Shown: one piece after another, positions 1 through 9,736 of the stretch
How positions within the stretch are numbered: position 1 is the first letter of the stretch
How the letters are laid out: each line of letters starts with the position of its first letter
Assembly: GCA_918797485.1 (NCBI GenBank)
Contig: CAKKNE010000005.1
Span: forward strand, 3,224,001-3,288,000
Origin: Pelagomonas calceolata
Lineage: Eukaryota
Length of the DNA stretch: 64,000 nt
Reading direction: 5' to 3'
Translations under genes and position numbers: made by a program
Notes under the pieces: generated by a model
What the model was told of the DNA's origin: nothing
Database searches by the model: none
The model's input: the letters and a program-made list of their open reading frames with translations, nothing else

Positions 1-122
1 CGCCGCCGCGCCTTATTCTGGCGGACGAAATCAGCGGTCGCCTCCTCCGCTTCCTCGTCCCTATCCGAGGCTTTTTTCTTTTTGCGCGCAGTCGACTTCT
101 TGGCGGCTTTCTTACGCGCCAT
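1..122 (-). CDS. 5' end of a gene running off the window (basic N-terminus MARKKAAKKSTARKRKK...)
   Basis: ATG at 122 on the minus strand with an open frame to the window edge; a paired-CTAG box lies about 170 nt upstream (295-316). Confidence 0.6.
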   Translation of the reverse strand, partial: MARKKAAKKSTARKKKKASDRDEEAEEATADFVRQNKARR

Positions 123-294
123 AGCAGCTCTCCGGTTAGCCGAGTTTCAAAAGCATTTAAAGCTGCCCGTGATCTCCGTGGTGCCGCAGCGCTGCAGCGC
201 TCAGATGGACTTGCTGGGCTGCTGCTCACAGCGGCTCAAGTCTTTGCCACACGCAGTTACACTCGTACCTCTTTTTTTTGCCCAGGCCTCCGAG

Positions 295-316
295 CTAGCG
301 GCATGTAAGACACTAG
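295..316 (+). promoter_or_regulatory. Paired-CTAG intergenic box
   Basis: CTAGCGGCATGTAAGACACTAG; near-identical copies recur in other promoter spacers. Confidence 0.65.
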
Positions 317-1656
317 CAGGCAAGCAGGAACGACATGCAGCCGTTTGAGTATCGTTCGGTTCGCTAATGGTCCAAAGAGAGCAATGGGACACTTCTTGGG
401 GGCCGAAAAAATTAATTTTTTTAATTCGCGAAATTGACGACGCCGCCATGGCGGCCGCGCCGGCTGAATCCTGTCGATTCGTGGTCCTGAGGTCTCCCCG
501 AGGTCGCCTAGGATCCAAACTAGACATGGGCAATCGCCTACGCCGCATGCGTGGCCACTTCCATCGGTATATACATATGGCAAATCTCCCAGCCAGACAA
601 ATCACTTGCCCATGATTTGCCAAAGATTTCGATCCAGAGCTCTCTGGCGAGCCCTAAGAACTGGCGCATGCGGTGTAGGCGACCATACGACCTTAGATCT
701 ATCCCGGAGGGCGTCCACGAGCCGATCTACCCGCGAAAAAAGTGTGCAAGTTGGGCCCGATGGCGCCGCGTTCCCGTCAAAAACGTCAATTACCCGAGGG
801 GCCCCAGGAATCGTAATAGCGGTCTCGTTGGACCCCATACTACCCCACCGATAGTCAATTACAAGTATATGAGTTCTACACGGCGAGAAGGGTACTTTGG
901 GCTGCTCACGCTCGGGACGTGAACATCTTGATCTGGACCTCGCGCAAGTCGGTCGATCATGGAACAAATGATCGCGTCATGGTCCATGGTGATGGTACAC
1001 GCGCTGATGGTCGTAGGTTCAAGTGGTTTGCCCATTATGAGCCAGATCGTGGGCCCGCAAGACCGAGGACCCGCGCCGAGCATCTTGGGGTCTCGGAGCA
1101 ATGTAGTACACGCTCAGGCCGGTTATCTGGCCCGTCCCACTACTAAAGCGCCTGAAACGCAAATTTATTTTACAAACCACCGGTCTGGGGCCTTTTTGGT
1201 GCTCCGTCAACGTACCGTCGTCCGCGGAGAACGGGCAAGTCGATCGATTGTGAATAGAACAACGGCGTTATGGTCCACCTGGATGGTGTCGTCGCTGATA
1301 CTCGCGGGTCCAAGTTCTGAGCTTGTCTAGACATAAACGTAGGCTCGCGGATTCGCCGAACCGCAAGGCTCCAATGGAGCACTTAATCGTGCTCGCTGTC
1401 GTCCAGGCGGCCTAGATGGAATCTACCATCAACAAACGGAAGGAAACGAACATAAAATCGGGAGTTGTCTAGTAGAATTCTTTTCCCGCCCTCCGAGCGC
1501 CGGCTGTCGGCTCCGGTTCCGTCGAACTTGTATGAAAACTGGGCCGGAGTTGATATAATGCACTAATCGGATGGGAGATGGCGGCGTCAATCGCTGGTGT
1601 ATTTTGGCGAGCCGCAAGACCTAGTGAGCTAGCGTATCGACATACTAGTTGCGGCG

Positions 1657-1680
1657 ATAAATAAATAAATAAATAAATAA
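1657..1680 (+). repeat. (ATAA)6 microsatellite
   Basis: Six perfect ATAA units. Confidence 0.9.
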
Positions 1681-1900
1681 TTAAGGAAGGAATATCCTAA
1701 AGAAAAGGACATACACCAAGCCTCTAGAGGCCTTCTCCCTGCGCGGCTAGGATACCCAGCCGGCGCCTAAAAAGAGACGTAAAAAAACGGTAGAGCAAAT
1801 TCTCAATCTCCTGGGGCGAATCATCTCCCATCAACAAAGCCAGGCAATCCGCGTTCGTTATGTTGCGCGAAAGACTACGAAAGACTACGAAAGACATTAC

Positions 1901-4246
1901 TCACCGATCGAAGAACACGCAGACGACGGAAACGTCGTCGGTCGAGCCAAGAGCCGCCGCGCGCGACGCGAGCGCCGCCGCGACTTGCGCCGCGGACCGC
2001 TCCGGCCGGAAGAGGCGGTTCGCCCGAACAAAGGCCGCGGCGTCGTCGGACGAGAGCACGTCCCAGAGGCCGTCCGACGCCAGGACGAGGCCGTCCGCGC
2101 CGCCGCAAGCCAAAGTCGCGACGTCCGGCGCCGGCGAGATGCCCGCCGCGCGCCACACCTTACCGCCGAGCGCGCGCGGCACGGCCACGGCCCACTGATC
2201 CGCGAGCACGCGGCCGCCGCGCGCCGCCCCGCCCCGGTTTTCCAGTGCGGCTCGTTCCGACGCGAGCTTCAGCGTGTGGTCGCTCGTCTCGTAGGCCGCC
2301 GCCGGCTTGTCTAAACCGACGACGACGGCGCGCGCGTCGCCGCAGTGCAATAAGGAAATGGTCTGCGCCTCGACGTCGACGCAGCAGCACGCCGCCACGG
2401 CGCCGCCCGGACCATCTAACTCGAGCTCCTCGGCGCAGCGCACCCACGCGGCCTTGAGCGCGGACTCCGGGCTTTTTGTCGAGAAAGAAGCCACGAGACC
2501 GGGCAACCGGTCGGCCGCGTGGCGCGACGCTTCTTGCCCGCCGTGGCCGTCGACGGCGCAGGCGACGGCTCTACCATGAGCCACGGAAAGCTCCGCCGTG
2601 AGTTCCTCGCTCGGCTCCCTCGACGGCCAGTCGCGGCCGTTCAAGGTTTCTGATACATCACCAGCACCAATAGCGACGCAGTCCTCCATGGCGGCGCGGC
2701 TCGAGCCCCTCCTCCTGTACGCTCCTAACCGTATCTGGGCCACCGGCGCCGCCTCGCTCACGACGTCGTCGTCGCCGCTACTTTCTCGTTCCACCACCAC
2801 TTCAATCATGCGCTGCTGGGGCACGCCTTCTAAGGTGGCGAGGGCCGCCTCGAAGGACTTCTTGAGCTCGAGGTCCTCGAAGACCGGTTCTTTGTTGTCA
2901 CCTTTGGGCACGTACTCGACGCTCAATAATAAATCGCCGACGCGCGGCGCGCCCAGCTTGTCCGAGTTGCTGCCCGGTGTCACACTGCTCACGCGGACGC
3001 CGCCGTCCTCCTCGACGATGAGGCCCAACGGGGCCTGCAGCGCGTAGCGTCGTCTGGACGGGATCAAGGACGGGTCGCGCGCGCGCGGCGGCACGGCCGT
3101 CGCGGACTCCATATTCGAGGCCTCGTCCAACAATGCCGCCTGGAGCTTCGACGCCTCGACTTTCGCATCTTTGGCCGTCCGTCGCTTCCGGGGATCTTCG
3201 GCCAATAATCGGGAGACGAGCCGCCAGAGCGCCGCGCCGGATTTCAACGAGCGTAGCGCCGACAGCGGCGCGAGTAACCGCTCAGGTAAAGCGGTCTGCG
3301 CGAGTTTCGTCGAGAGCCAGCGGTCCAAGTCGTGGTCCGCCGCGGCGAACTCGACGTTAAAAGCGTCGACGTCGTTCGCGCTTCTTAATGCCGGGGAGAG
3401 TAACAGCCGCAGCGCCACGAGCCCGCAGCCGTACGCATCAAAAGACCTCCAATGCTCGAGCTCGACGAACTGCTCCGGCGGGCAGTATCTGGGTGAGACC
3501 GGCGACTTTCGGGCTTCGTAGCCTTGTTTTGTGTCGACGTCCATCGCGGACCCGAAGTCGATCAGTACTAGTCTTTTTTGAGACGGCTCCACCAGAATAT
3601 TCGAAGCCTTGACGTCTCTATGTATTACTTTGTTCGCTTCCAACGCTGCACAGGCGTCCAACAGAAACGATAATACCACCGAGGCCACGACGACGTTCGC
3701 CGCCCCTGAGCGAGCTTGCTGCGGGTCCGCCGTGCACTCCTCCTCATTATCAACGAAGCAGACCTCATCCCCATAAGCGCACGCGTCCAGACCTAAAGCT
3801 GCCGCGAGGCCGTCGACGCCACACGACCCGTCGTTCAGGTACGTCTCCGCGTCACGGCCGCCTTTCACCCGGTCGAAGAGCAGGTATTTTGTTGACGGGG
3901 GGTCGAAGAACTGCTTTTCTGGGGTTGGGCCTTCGACGACTCCTCTGTAGGGTGCGAGGCCCGGCGTGCCTCTTAGTTTTTCATTGATGGTCCTCTCCAC
4001 CTCAAAGTAGCGCTTGCTGCGGTCGTCCTTGCGCGCGCGCTTGGCGACGTACTGCTTATTATTTTCATCGATCGCGGCGACGACGACGCCGTAGGAACCT
4101 TCTCCAACCACTCTGCGCTCGTCGATGGCGACCGCGTCGGGGGCGCTCGCGCTGAGGTTCGTTCTTCGCACGGTGGGTGTTTTTTTGGGTGGCTGGAGGG
4201 CGGCTGCGAACGCTGCGACGAGCAGCACTGCTTGTGCGCCGCACAT
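1901..4246 (-). CDS. Ser/Thr kinase (STN7/Stt7-like) - PDZ-like - PP2C phosphatase fusion, probably plastid-targeted
   Basis: Kinase motifs GEGSYG, VAK, HRDVKASN, DFG, PRYCPPE; PDZ-like PLGLIVEE...VTPGSNS...VGDLLLSV; PP2C motifs MED, DGHGG, CGDARAV, LASDGLWDV, DDVSVV; hydrophobic signal peptide followed by a basic transit-like segment. Confidence 0.85.
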   Translation of the reverse strand: MCGAQAVLLVAAFAAALQPPKKTPTVRRTNLSASAPDAVAIDERRVVGEGSYGVVVAAIDENNKQYVAKRARKDDRSKRYFEVERTINEKLRGTPGLAPYRGVVEGPTPEKQFFDPPSTKYLLFDRVKGGRDAETYLNDGSCGVDGLAAALGLDACAYGDEVCFVDNEEECTADPQQARSGAANVVVASVVLSFLLDACAALEANKVIHRDVKASNILVEPSQKRLVLIDFGSAMDVDTKQGYEARKSPVSPRYCPPEQFVELEHWRSFDAYGCGLVALRLLLSPALRSANDVDAFNVEFAAADHDLDRWLSTKLAQTALPERLLAPLSALRSLKSGAALWRLVSRLLAEDPRKRRTAKDAKVEASKLQAALLDEASNMESATAVPPRARDPSLIPSRRRYALQAPLGLIVEEDGGVRVSSVTPGSNSDKLGAPRVGDLLLSVEYVPKGDNKEPVFEDLELKKSFEAALATLEGVPQQRMIEVVVERESSGDDDVVSEAAPVAQIRLGAYRRRGSSRAAMEDCVAIGAGDVSETLNGRDWPSREPSEELTAELSVAHGRAVACAVDGHGGQEASRHAADRLPGLVASFSTKSPESALKAAWVRCAEELELDGPGGAVAACCCVDVEAQTISLLHCGDARAVVVGLDKPAAAYETSDHTLKLASERAALENRGGAARGGRVLADQWAVAVPRALGGKVWRAAGISPAPDVATLACGGADGLVLASDGLWDVLSSDDAAAFVRANRLFRPERSAAQVAAALASRAAALGSTDDVSVVCVFFDR

Positions 4247-4417
4247 GGCTCTCTTTGCTGTGTTGGCTCTCTCTGCAGTGCTCGTAACCTAGGCAGTGAC
4301 TGATGTGCTGGTTGCTGTCTGAGCAATGCGCGAGGTCCTGTGGTGCAAAAATGGGCGCTTTTGGCTGCAATAGAGGCTCCTATCCAGGTGCTCAGAGCCA
4401 AAAGTTAATCTGGTGAG

Positions 4418-4439
4418 CTAGCGACCTGTAAGACACTAG
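4418..4439 (+). promoter_or_regulatory. Paired-CTAG box in a divergent promoter
   Basis: CTAGCGACCTGTAAGACACTAG, midway between ATGs at 4246(-) and 4621(+). Confidence 0.65.
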
Positions 4440-4620
4440 AAAACCAACACTTTTGCGCCTGTGCTCGCAGCCGTAAGCGCTAAAGGTTTGGTCGGAACGG
4501 TCTATTTCTTTGTTTTCTTCGGAAGATCAGAGCCCGTGCCGCTCCGACGCTCAAAAACCGCGTAACTGCTCTCAATAACTTGACTTTGGGACCACCAGTT
4601 GGTGTCGACTCTGTCGAGAG

Positions 4621-5399
4621 ATGAAGCTCCTAGTTATAGCGGCGACAGGAAATTTGGGCAAGGCGATCGTCAACGCGGCTCTGAGGGACGGCCATGACGT
4701 GTCGGTTCTGGTCCGCGACGGTACGAAAGTCCCGTGGAACGGCGAACAGCTCACGAAGGTGTACGTCTCCGCGAGCGGGAGTCTCGGCGATCAAGTCGCT
4801 ATTGCGTTGGCGGGCGACACCTTCGACGCCGTCGCGCTGGCAGTCGGGGCGCAAGCGGAGGACGCCGTACGCACGACGATCAGCGCCGTCGCCGCGGCCA
4901 AGCCCTCGCCTGTGTTATTAACGACAGGCGGTGCCCCAGCGCTCATATTACGACCGGGTAATTCCTGCGTCGACAAGTGCTTCGGCGGCGCGCAGTGGGC
5001 CAAGGATTTGCGGGACCTGCACCTCGGCGTCACGTTCGCGGCGCTCCAGGCCTCGACGATTCCTACCTGGACCATGGTGTGTCCAGGAACAATGGTTAAA
5101 AAGGCCGAGGGCGCGCACAGCTTCCACCGCACGCAGCCGGACGTCATCGACGAGTCCGTCGTGGGCGCCTCACTCCTCTACGAGGCCGTCGCCCAGGCGT
5201 TCCTCGACGTCGGCGAGGAGCTGTTGCGTTCTGTGTGGACATGCCAACCACGCCAAAAGGTCACCGGTCGACGCCCCGCAGGGTCAAGAAACGCGACAAG
5301 AGCAAGTACAACAAGGCCCGGGTAGCGTTCAAGGGCGGCGGCGAGATGTCCTGCTACCAGCTCTGCATGACGACGCTCGTCGGCTGCCCCTGCGTCTAA
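4621..5399 (+). CDS. NAD(P)-binding Rossmann protein (flavin reductase/NmrA-like); exons 4621-5222 and 5282-5399
   Basis: N-terminal KLLVIAATGNLGKAIV...GHDVSVLVR and WTMVCPG; removing the GT..AG segment 5223-5281 gives a plausible C-terminus EELVKKRDKSKYNKARVAF...* ending at 5399. Confidence 0.75.
5223..5281 (+). mobile_element. Degenerate introner-like intron (59 nt)
   Basis: GT donor exactly 8 nt before CTGTGTGG (5231), ends in GCAG, and restores the frame; the TSD is no longer recognisable. Confidence 0.5.
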
Positions 5400-5408
5400 G
5401 TATCCAAC

Positions 5409-6314
5409 TTACCCCTCGCCGAGGACGCGCCCGCCGCCCCAACGGGCAGCGCCCTCGAGAAACGCCGCCAGCGAGTCGACGATCAAGCGATAGGCCGCGC
5501 CGTTGAACGTGTCGTTGTGGCCGCAGTTTGGTAATGAAACGAATTCAGACGAGGGTAATAAATCGCAGATGGCCCGCCCCTGGGCGAAGGGCACGATCTC
5601 GTCGCGCGTGCCGTGGAGGCAGAGCACCGGCACATTTACGGAGGGCGCCAGTTTCGCATTATCAAAAGGATCCTTCACGAGGGCCCGCGGCGCCGGGATG
5701 AAGGGAAACAAAGCTTTCGCCATGGCCGGGATCGACTCGAAGCTGCTCAGGAGGACGCAGCTCCCGACCAACCCGTCGTGGGCCGCTTTCAGAGCTACGG
5801 CGCCGCCGATCGACTGGCCGAAGGCTACCGTGTCGCGCGCCGGCGTTTTTAGGGTTTCCCGGAGGTGCCGCAGCATCCGCTGCGAGGTCCAGTGTATGGT
5901 TGTTTCTGTCGGTTCCCCAGACGTACACAAAGCGTACCCCGGGTACTCGATACCGAGAAAACCAACTCCTAAACGCTGCTGCAACGCTTGGCCGAGAAAG
6001 TCCGCGACATTTCCGAGCTGGTCGGCGTTGCCGTGCCAGAACGCCAGCGTCTTGGCGCCCGGTTTCGTTGGAGGAAAGTAGACGCCCACAATCACGTCGG
6101 GCGCGCCGCGCGGGCGCTGCTCGTTGCGGACGTCGACCTCGATCTTCCGGCCTTTTCGGATCGGTAACGCGGGCCCGATGTCCATGGCGTGGCCCGCAAA
6201 AATAAGTTTGCGCTGGAAGGCGTAGAGCGCGCCGAGGAGCGCCACGCAGCCGGCGCCGGCCAGCGCGGCGACGCCCTTGACGGCGGCTATCAAATTTTCG
6301 GCGAGGGTCGACAT
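5409..6314 (-). CDS. Alpha/beta hydrolase (ABHD13/ABHD17-like) with N-terminal TM anchor
   Basis: WHGNAD, IEYPGY, GQSIGG nucleophile elbow, HGTRDEIVP, GHND; ATG at 6314. Confidence 0.9.
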   Translation of the reverse strand: MSTLAENLIAAVKGVAALAGAGCVALLGALYAFQRKLIFAGHAMDIGPALPIRKGRKIEVDVRNEQRPRGAPDVIVGVYFPPTKPGAKTLAFWHGNADQLGNVADFLGQALQQRLGVGFLGIEYPGYALCTSGEPTETTIHWTSQRMLRHLRETLKTPARDTVAFGQSIGGAVALKAAHDGLVGSCVLLSSFESIPAMAKALFPFIPAPRALVKDPFDNAKLAPSVNVPVLCLHGTRDEIVPFAQGRAICDLLPSSEFVSLPNCGHNDTFNGAAYRLIVDSLAAFLEGAARWGGGRVLGEG

Positions 6315-6739
6315 TTTGCTTTGGGATGCTGGTATGCGCGGCGGTCCAACACTCGCGGCGACAGCGTGGGCACGAGCTGTTTCCACCAGGTGGGCTATGC
6401 AAGGAGTTGCAAGTCCGGATCGCTGCGGAGTTCGCAGCGGGCTGAAAGTGGTTGCGACAGGCTTTTCACTCAATCGCTAGCGCACTGGCGGCTATCTATG
6501 CGCGCGCGCGCGGAGAGCTGGCCCCCGCGAGGTATCGTAAGTACTATACATCGATAGGGGGTGATTGCATAAGTACTGATACATCAAAAAGGCGACGTTC
6601 GCGCGTACCACCGCTGCGCACTCATCTGGCAGCGAGGCGCTGTTCTCGACATCGCCTGAGTCGCATTGATCGAAGCTGCAACCCATAAGCTACAAAGCTG
6701 CACAGATTTTAAACACTGCACACGAGAGCAACTGCAGCC

Positions 6740-8125
6740 ATGGCCGACGACGACACCGCGGCCCTCTACGCCTTGACGCCGCTCGACGGCCGCTACGCCG
6801 GCCGCGTTTCAAAAATAAGGGACTACTTCAGCGAAGCAGCCCTCATCAAGGCGAGAGTAAGGGTCGAGGTCGAGTACTTAGCCAGTCTGTCGCAAGTAAT
6901 ACCAGCTTTGGGGGATGTCTTCGAGGGAGACAATCTTACAAGGTGGCGCGCCGTCGCCGCGACTTTCGGCCCCGAGGACGCGCAGCGCGTGAAGACGATC
7001 GAAGCTACCACGAACCATGACGTCAAGGCCGTAGAATACTACCTGAAGGAGCAGTGGGACGCCCTCAAGCTCCCTCCCGTAGGAAGGGAGTACATCCACT
7101 TCGGGCTGACGTCCCAGGACGTGAACCACACGGCCCAGCCCTTGCTCTTGGCCGAGTGTGCCCGAGACGTGCTCATCCCGCGCTACACGGATTTGATAAC
7201 AGCGCTGAAGGAGCGCGCCTGGAGGTGGCGCGACGTCGCCATGCTCGCGCGGACGCACGGGCAGAGCGCGTCGCCGACACGGGTCGGAAAAGAATTTGCG
7301 GTATTTGCTTCTCGATTGCAAGCCTGCGTGGACCAATTACAAGCGTGCTCCCATTCGGCGAAGTTCGGCGGCGCGACGGGCGGCTTCAACGCCCATAGTG
7401 TCGCGTTCCCGAGCGTGGACTGGCCGAGTTTCGGCGACGCGTTTGTGAAGTCCGTGTCGCAGGGTCTATTATCCAGACAAAAGCACACGACGCAAATCGA
7501 ACACTACGATGGCTTGGCGGCTTTCTGCCACGCGCTATGTAGAGCGAACACGGTCATGCTGGATCTATGTAGGGACTGCTGGCAGTATGTTAGTTTGGCG
7601 TACTTCACCCAGAAATTGAAGGCCGGCGAGGTCGGGAGCAGCGCCATGCCCCACAAGGTGAACCCCATTGACTTCGAGAACTCCGAGGGGAATGTGGGCG
7701 TTGCAAATGCTGCTCTTTTGCATCTGGCGGCCAAGCTGCCCGTTTCCAGGCTGCAGCGTGATTTATCTGACTCCACTGTTCTCAGAACGTTGGGCGTGCC
7801 GCTGGGCCACTCCTTCCTGGCCATCGGGGCGTGTTTGAGGGGTCTCGGCAAGCTCGAGCTCAACACGACGCGCATCGCCGACGACCTCGAGAGCAACTGG
7901 GCCGTCGTCGCGGAAGGCATCCAGACGGTCTTGCGAAGGGAGGCGTACCCGAACCCCTACGAGGCCCTGAAGCAGCTGACGCGGACGGGGAAGCCCATCG
8001 ACGCGTCGGCGATCGCGGACTTCGTTTCCGGTTTGGACGTGTCCGAGGCCGTCAAGGCCGAGCTGCGCGCGATCACGCCGCACTCCTACGTCGGCGTCTT
8101 CGACGCGTCGGAGTTCGCGCCTTGA
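6740..8125 (+). CDS. purB: Adenylosuccinate lyase
   Basis: LTPLDGRY, TTNHDVKAVEY, HFGLTSQD, ARTHGQ, GSSAMPHKVNPIDFENSEGN, SRLQRDL. Confidence 0.97.
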   Translation: MADDDTAALYALTPLDGRYAGRVSKIRDYFSEAALIKARVRVEVEYLASLSQVIPALGDVFEGDNLTRWRAVAATFGPEDAQRVKTIEATTNHDVKAVEYYLKEQWDALKLPPVGREYIHFGLTSQDVNHTAQPLLLAECARDVLIPRYTDLITALKERAWRWRDVAMLARTHGQSASPTRVGKEFAVFASRLQACVDQLQACSHSAKFGGATGGFNAHSVAFPSVDWPSFGDAFVKSVSQGLLSRQKHTTQIEHYDGLAAFCHALCRANTVMLDLCRDCWQYVSLAYFTQKLKAGEVGSSAMPHKVNPIDFENSEGNVGVANAALLHLAAKLPVSRLQRDLSDSTVLRTLGVPLGHSFLAIGACLRGLGKLELNTTRIADDLESNWAVVAEGIQTVLRREAYPNPYEALKQLTRTGKPIDASAIADFVSGLDVSEAVKAELRAITPHSYVGVFDASEFAP

Positions 8126-8260
8126 GATTTCGGCGCCGGGGGGTAAGCACTAGTCCTTAATCTCGATACACATCAGCAAATGCCGTTTTCTAGTGGGAGG
8201 CGTTGGTGCAGTGCATATTTTCTGTTACAAAGGCTCAAATTGATCAATTCTCCGACATAC

Positions 8261-8281
8261 TATTGTTACGGTGCTAGGACT
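8261..8281 (+). repeat. Invariant 21-mer TATTGTTACGGTGCTAGGACT (copy 1 of 3)
   Basis: Identical at 38614-38634 (+) and 59803-59823 (-). Confidence 0.85.
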
Positions 8282-8409
8282 CCGACGAAACAGTGCTCTA
8301 GAGTGTGTCGACACGCTAGCTTTGCGTCTCCCAAGCAAAGAGGGCGCGGCGTAGGCAGCCCCAGCACGCCGCCGCCGCAACCCAACAACAACGAAGGCAG
8401 CCCAAAAAA

Positions 8410-9707
8410 ATGACCGACGACGACGGCGACGACGACACGATGGAGGGCCGCCTGGCCCACATCTTGGAGAGTGATGCGATGGACACCGTAGATTTGTGGC
8501 TGACCATCGTCGCTTGTCTAGCGGCCATCGAGACGCTGTACGTCTGCGCGCTGGCAACATACAGGTATTCGAGGCGCATCTACCACCTGCCACTGCAGCG
8601 GTGGACGATCCGCGTTTTGTTGGTCGGGCCGGTCTATTCGGTACTGATGTGGGTGGCGCTGTGGTACCCGTCCCTGGATTTCTATCTGGCCGTGCCGCTG
8701 GGTTTTTATGAGTGTTACGCGTTTTTCGGCTTCTATGCGATGCTCGCGTGTTTTGCGGATGGCGAGGACAGATTGGCAACAGCATTAGGTTCCCTGAACC
8801 CGGGCCCGCCGACGGCCTACCTCTACCACCCTTTTGGTTTTAATTGGTGTTCTTGTAGATGCGACAACTACTCTCCCTTGTTTTGGGGCAACATACATTA
8901 TGCCGCTCTACCCCTCAAGTTCGGGAGCAGCCGCGAGTTATTAAGGTTCTTAAAGCGGGGCGTGGCCCAGGCCATGATCGTCAAGCCCTGCTCGTTACTA
9001 CTCATGCTGACGCTGGAATATCTAGGATATGAAGAATTGTGCAACGCGACGCGCTTGTTGAGCGTCGTCAGCTTCTGGTGCGTCGCGAATAGCATCACGC
9101 AGTTGTACCATGCCGTGTTGCCGCGGATCCGGGGCTTGGGGGGCGAACGACTTGTTGTTCTATTACTGGTCATGGTGTCGGTGCTCGCGATCCAGGACGT
9201 CGTCATCTCCATCTTCCTCATCCAGGAGGAGGCGATCACGGCGCCGACGGACGCGCTGCCGACGCGGCTGGTGGTCATACTGACGATTCTCGAGTTTACG
9301 GCCTTCTCGACGATTTTTTATCGGCTCCTCCCGCCGGAGAAGTTCCGGACCTTTGCAAGACGTAGTGGCGCGTCGCCCGAGCAGTCGCCGTCGCACCAGA
9401 GCATGTCCCTCATGAAATTCGTGGGCGTCGTCCTGGACCCGTCGACGACCGTGTGGAAATCAAAAAGTGAGTTACGTCAACCTGAAGCCATCGAGCAGAT
9501 GCAGTTACGGGGACGACGTCGCGGCGATGGCTTGGGGCGCCCGAAATTTGATTTCCACACAGGTCGACGATGTTCCGCATCAACCGGGGACGCTTCGTCT
9601 CCGCCTACGAGAGCGCCGCCTCGGACACGTTCGACGACCTGGCCCACCTCGGCGTGGCCGAGGCGAAGCAGGACGAGAGCAGCGCGCTCGTGCCCGAGAA
9701 GTGGTAA
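8410..9707 (+). CDS. TMEM184/organic solute transporter alpha-like membrane protein; exons 8410-9440 and 9563-9707
   Basis: Multiple TM helices; LQRWTIRVLLVGPVYS...FYECYAFFGF; splicing out 9441-9562 gives a clean C-terminus ending ...VPEKW* at 9707. Confidence 0.8.
9441..9562 (+). mobile_element. Introner intron (122 nt) with perfect 8-bp TSD
   Basis: TSD GTCGACGA at 9441-9448 and 9563-9570; TIRs CCGTGTGGAAATCAAA / TTTGATTTCCACACAG; internal GCCATCG...CGATGGC inverted pair. Confidence 0.92.
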
Positions 9708-9736
9708 GATTTGTATGGTTAAAACAACAACGTTCC

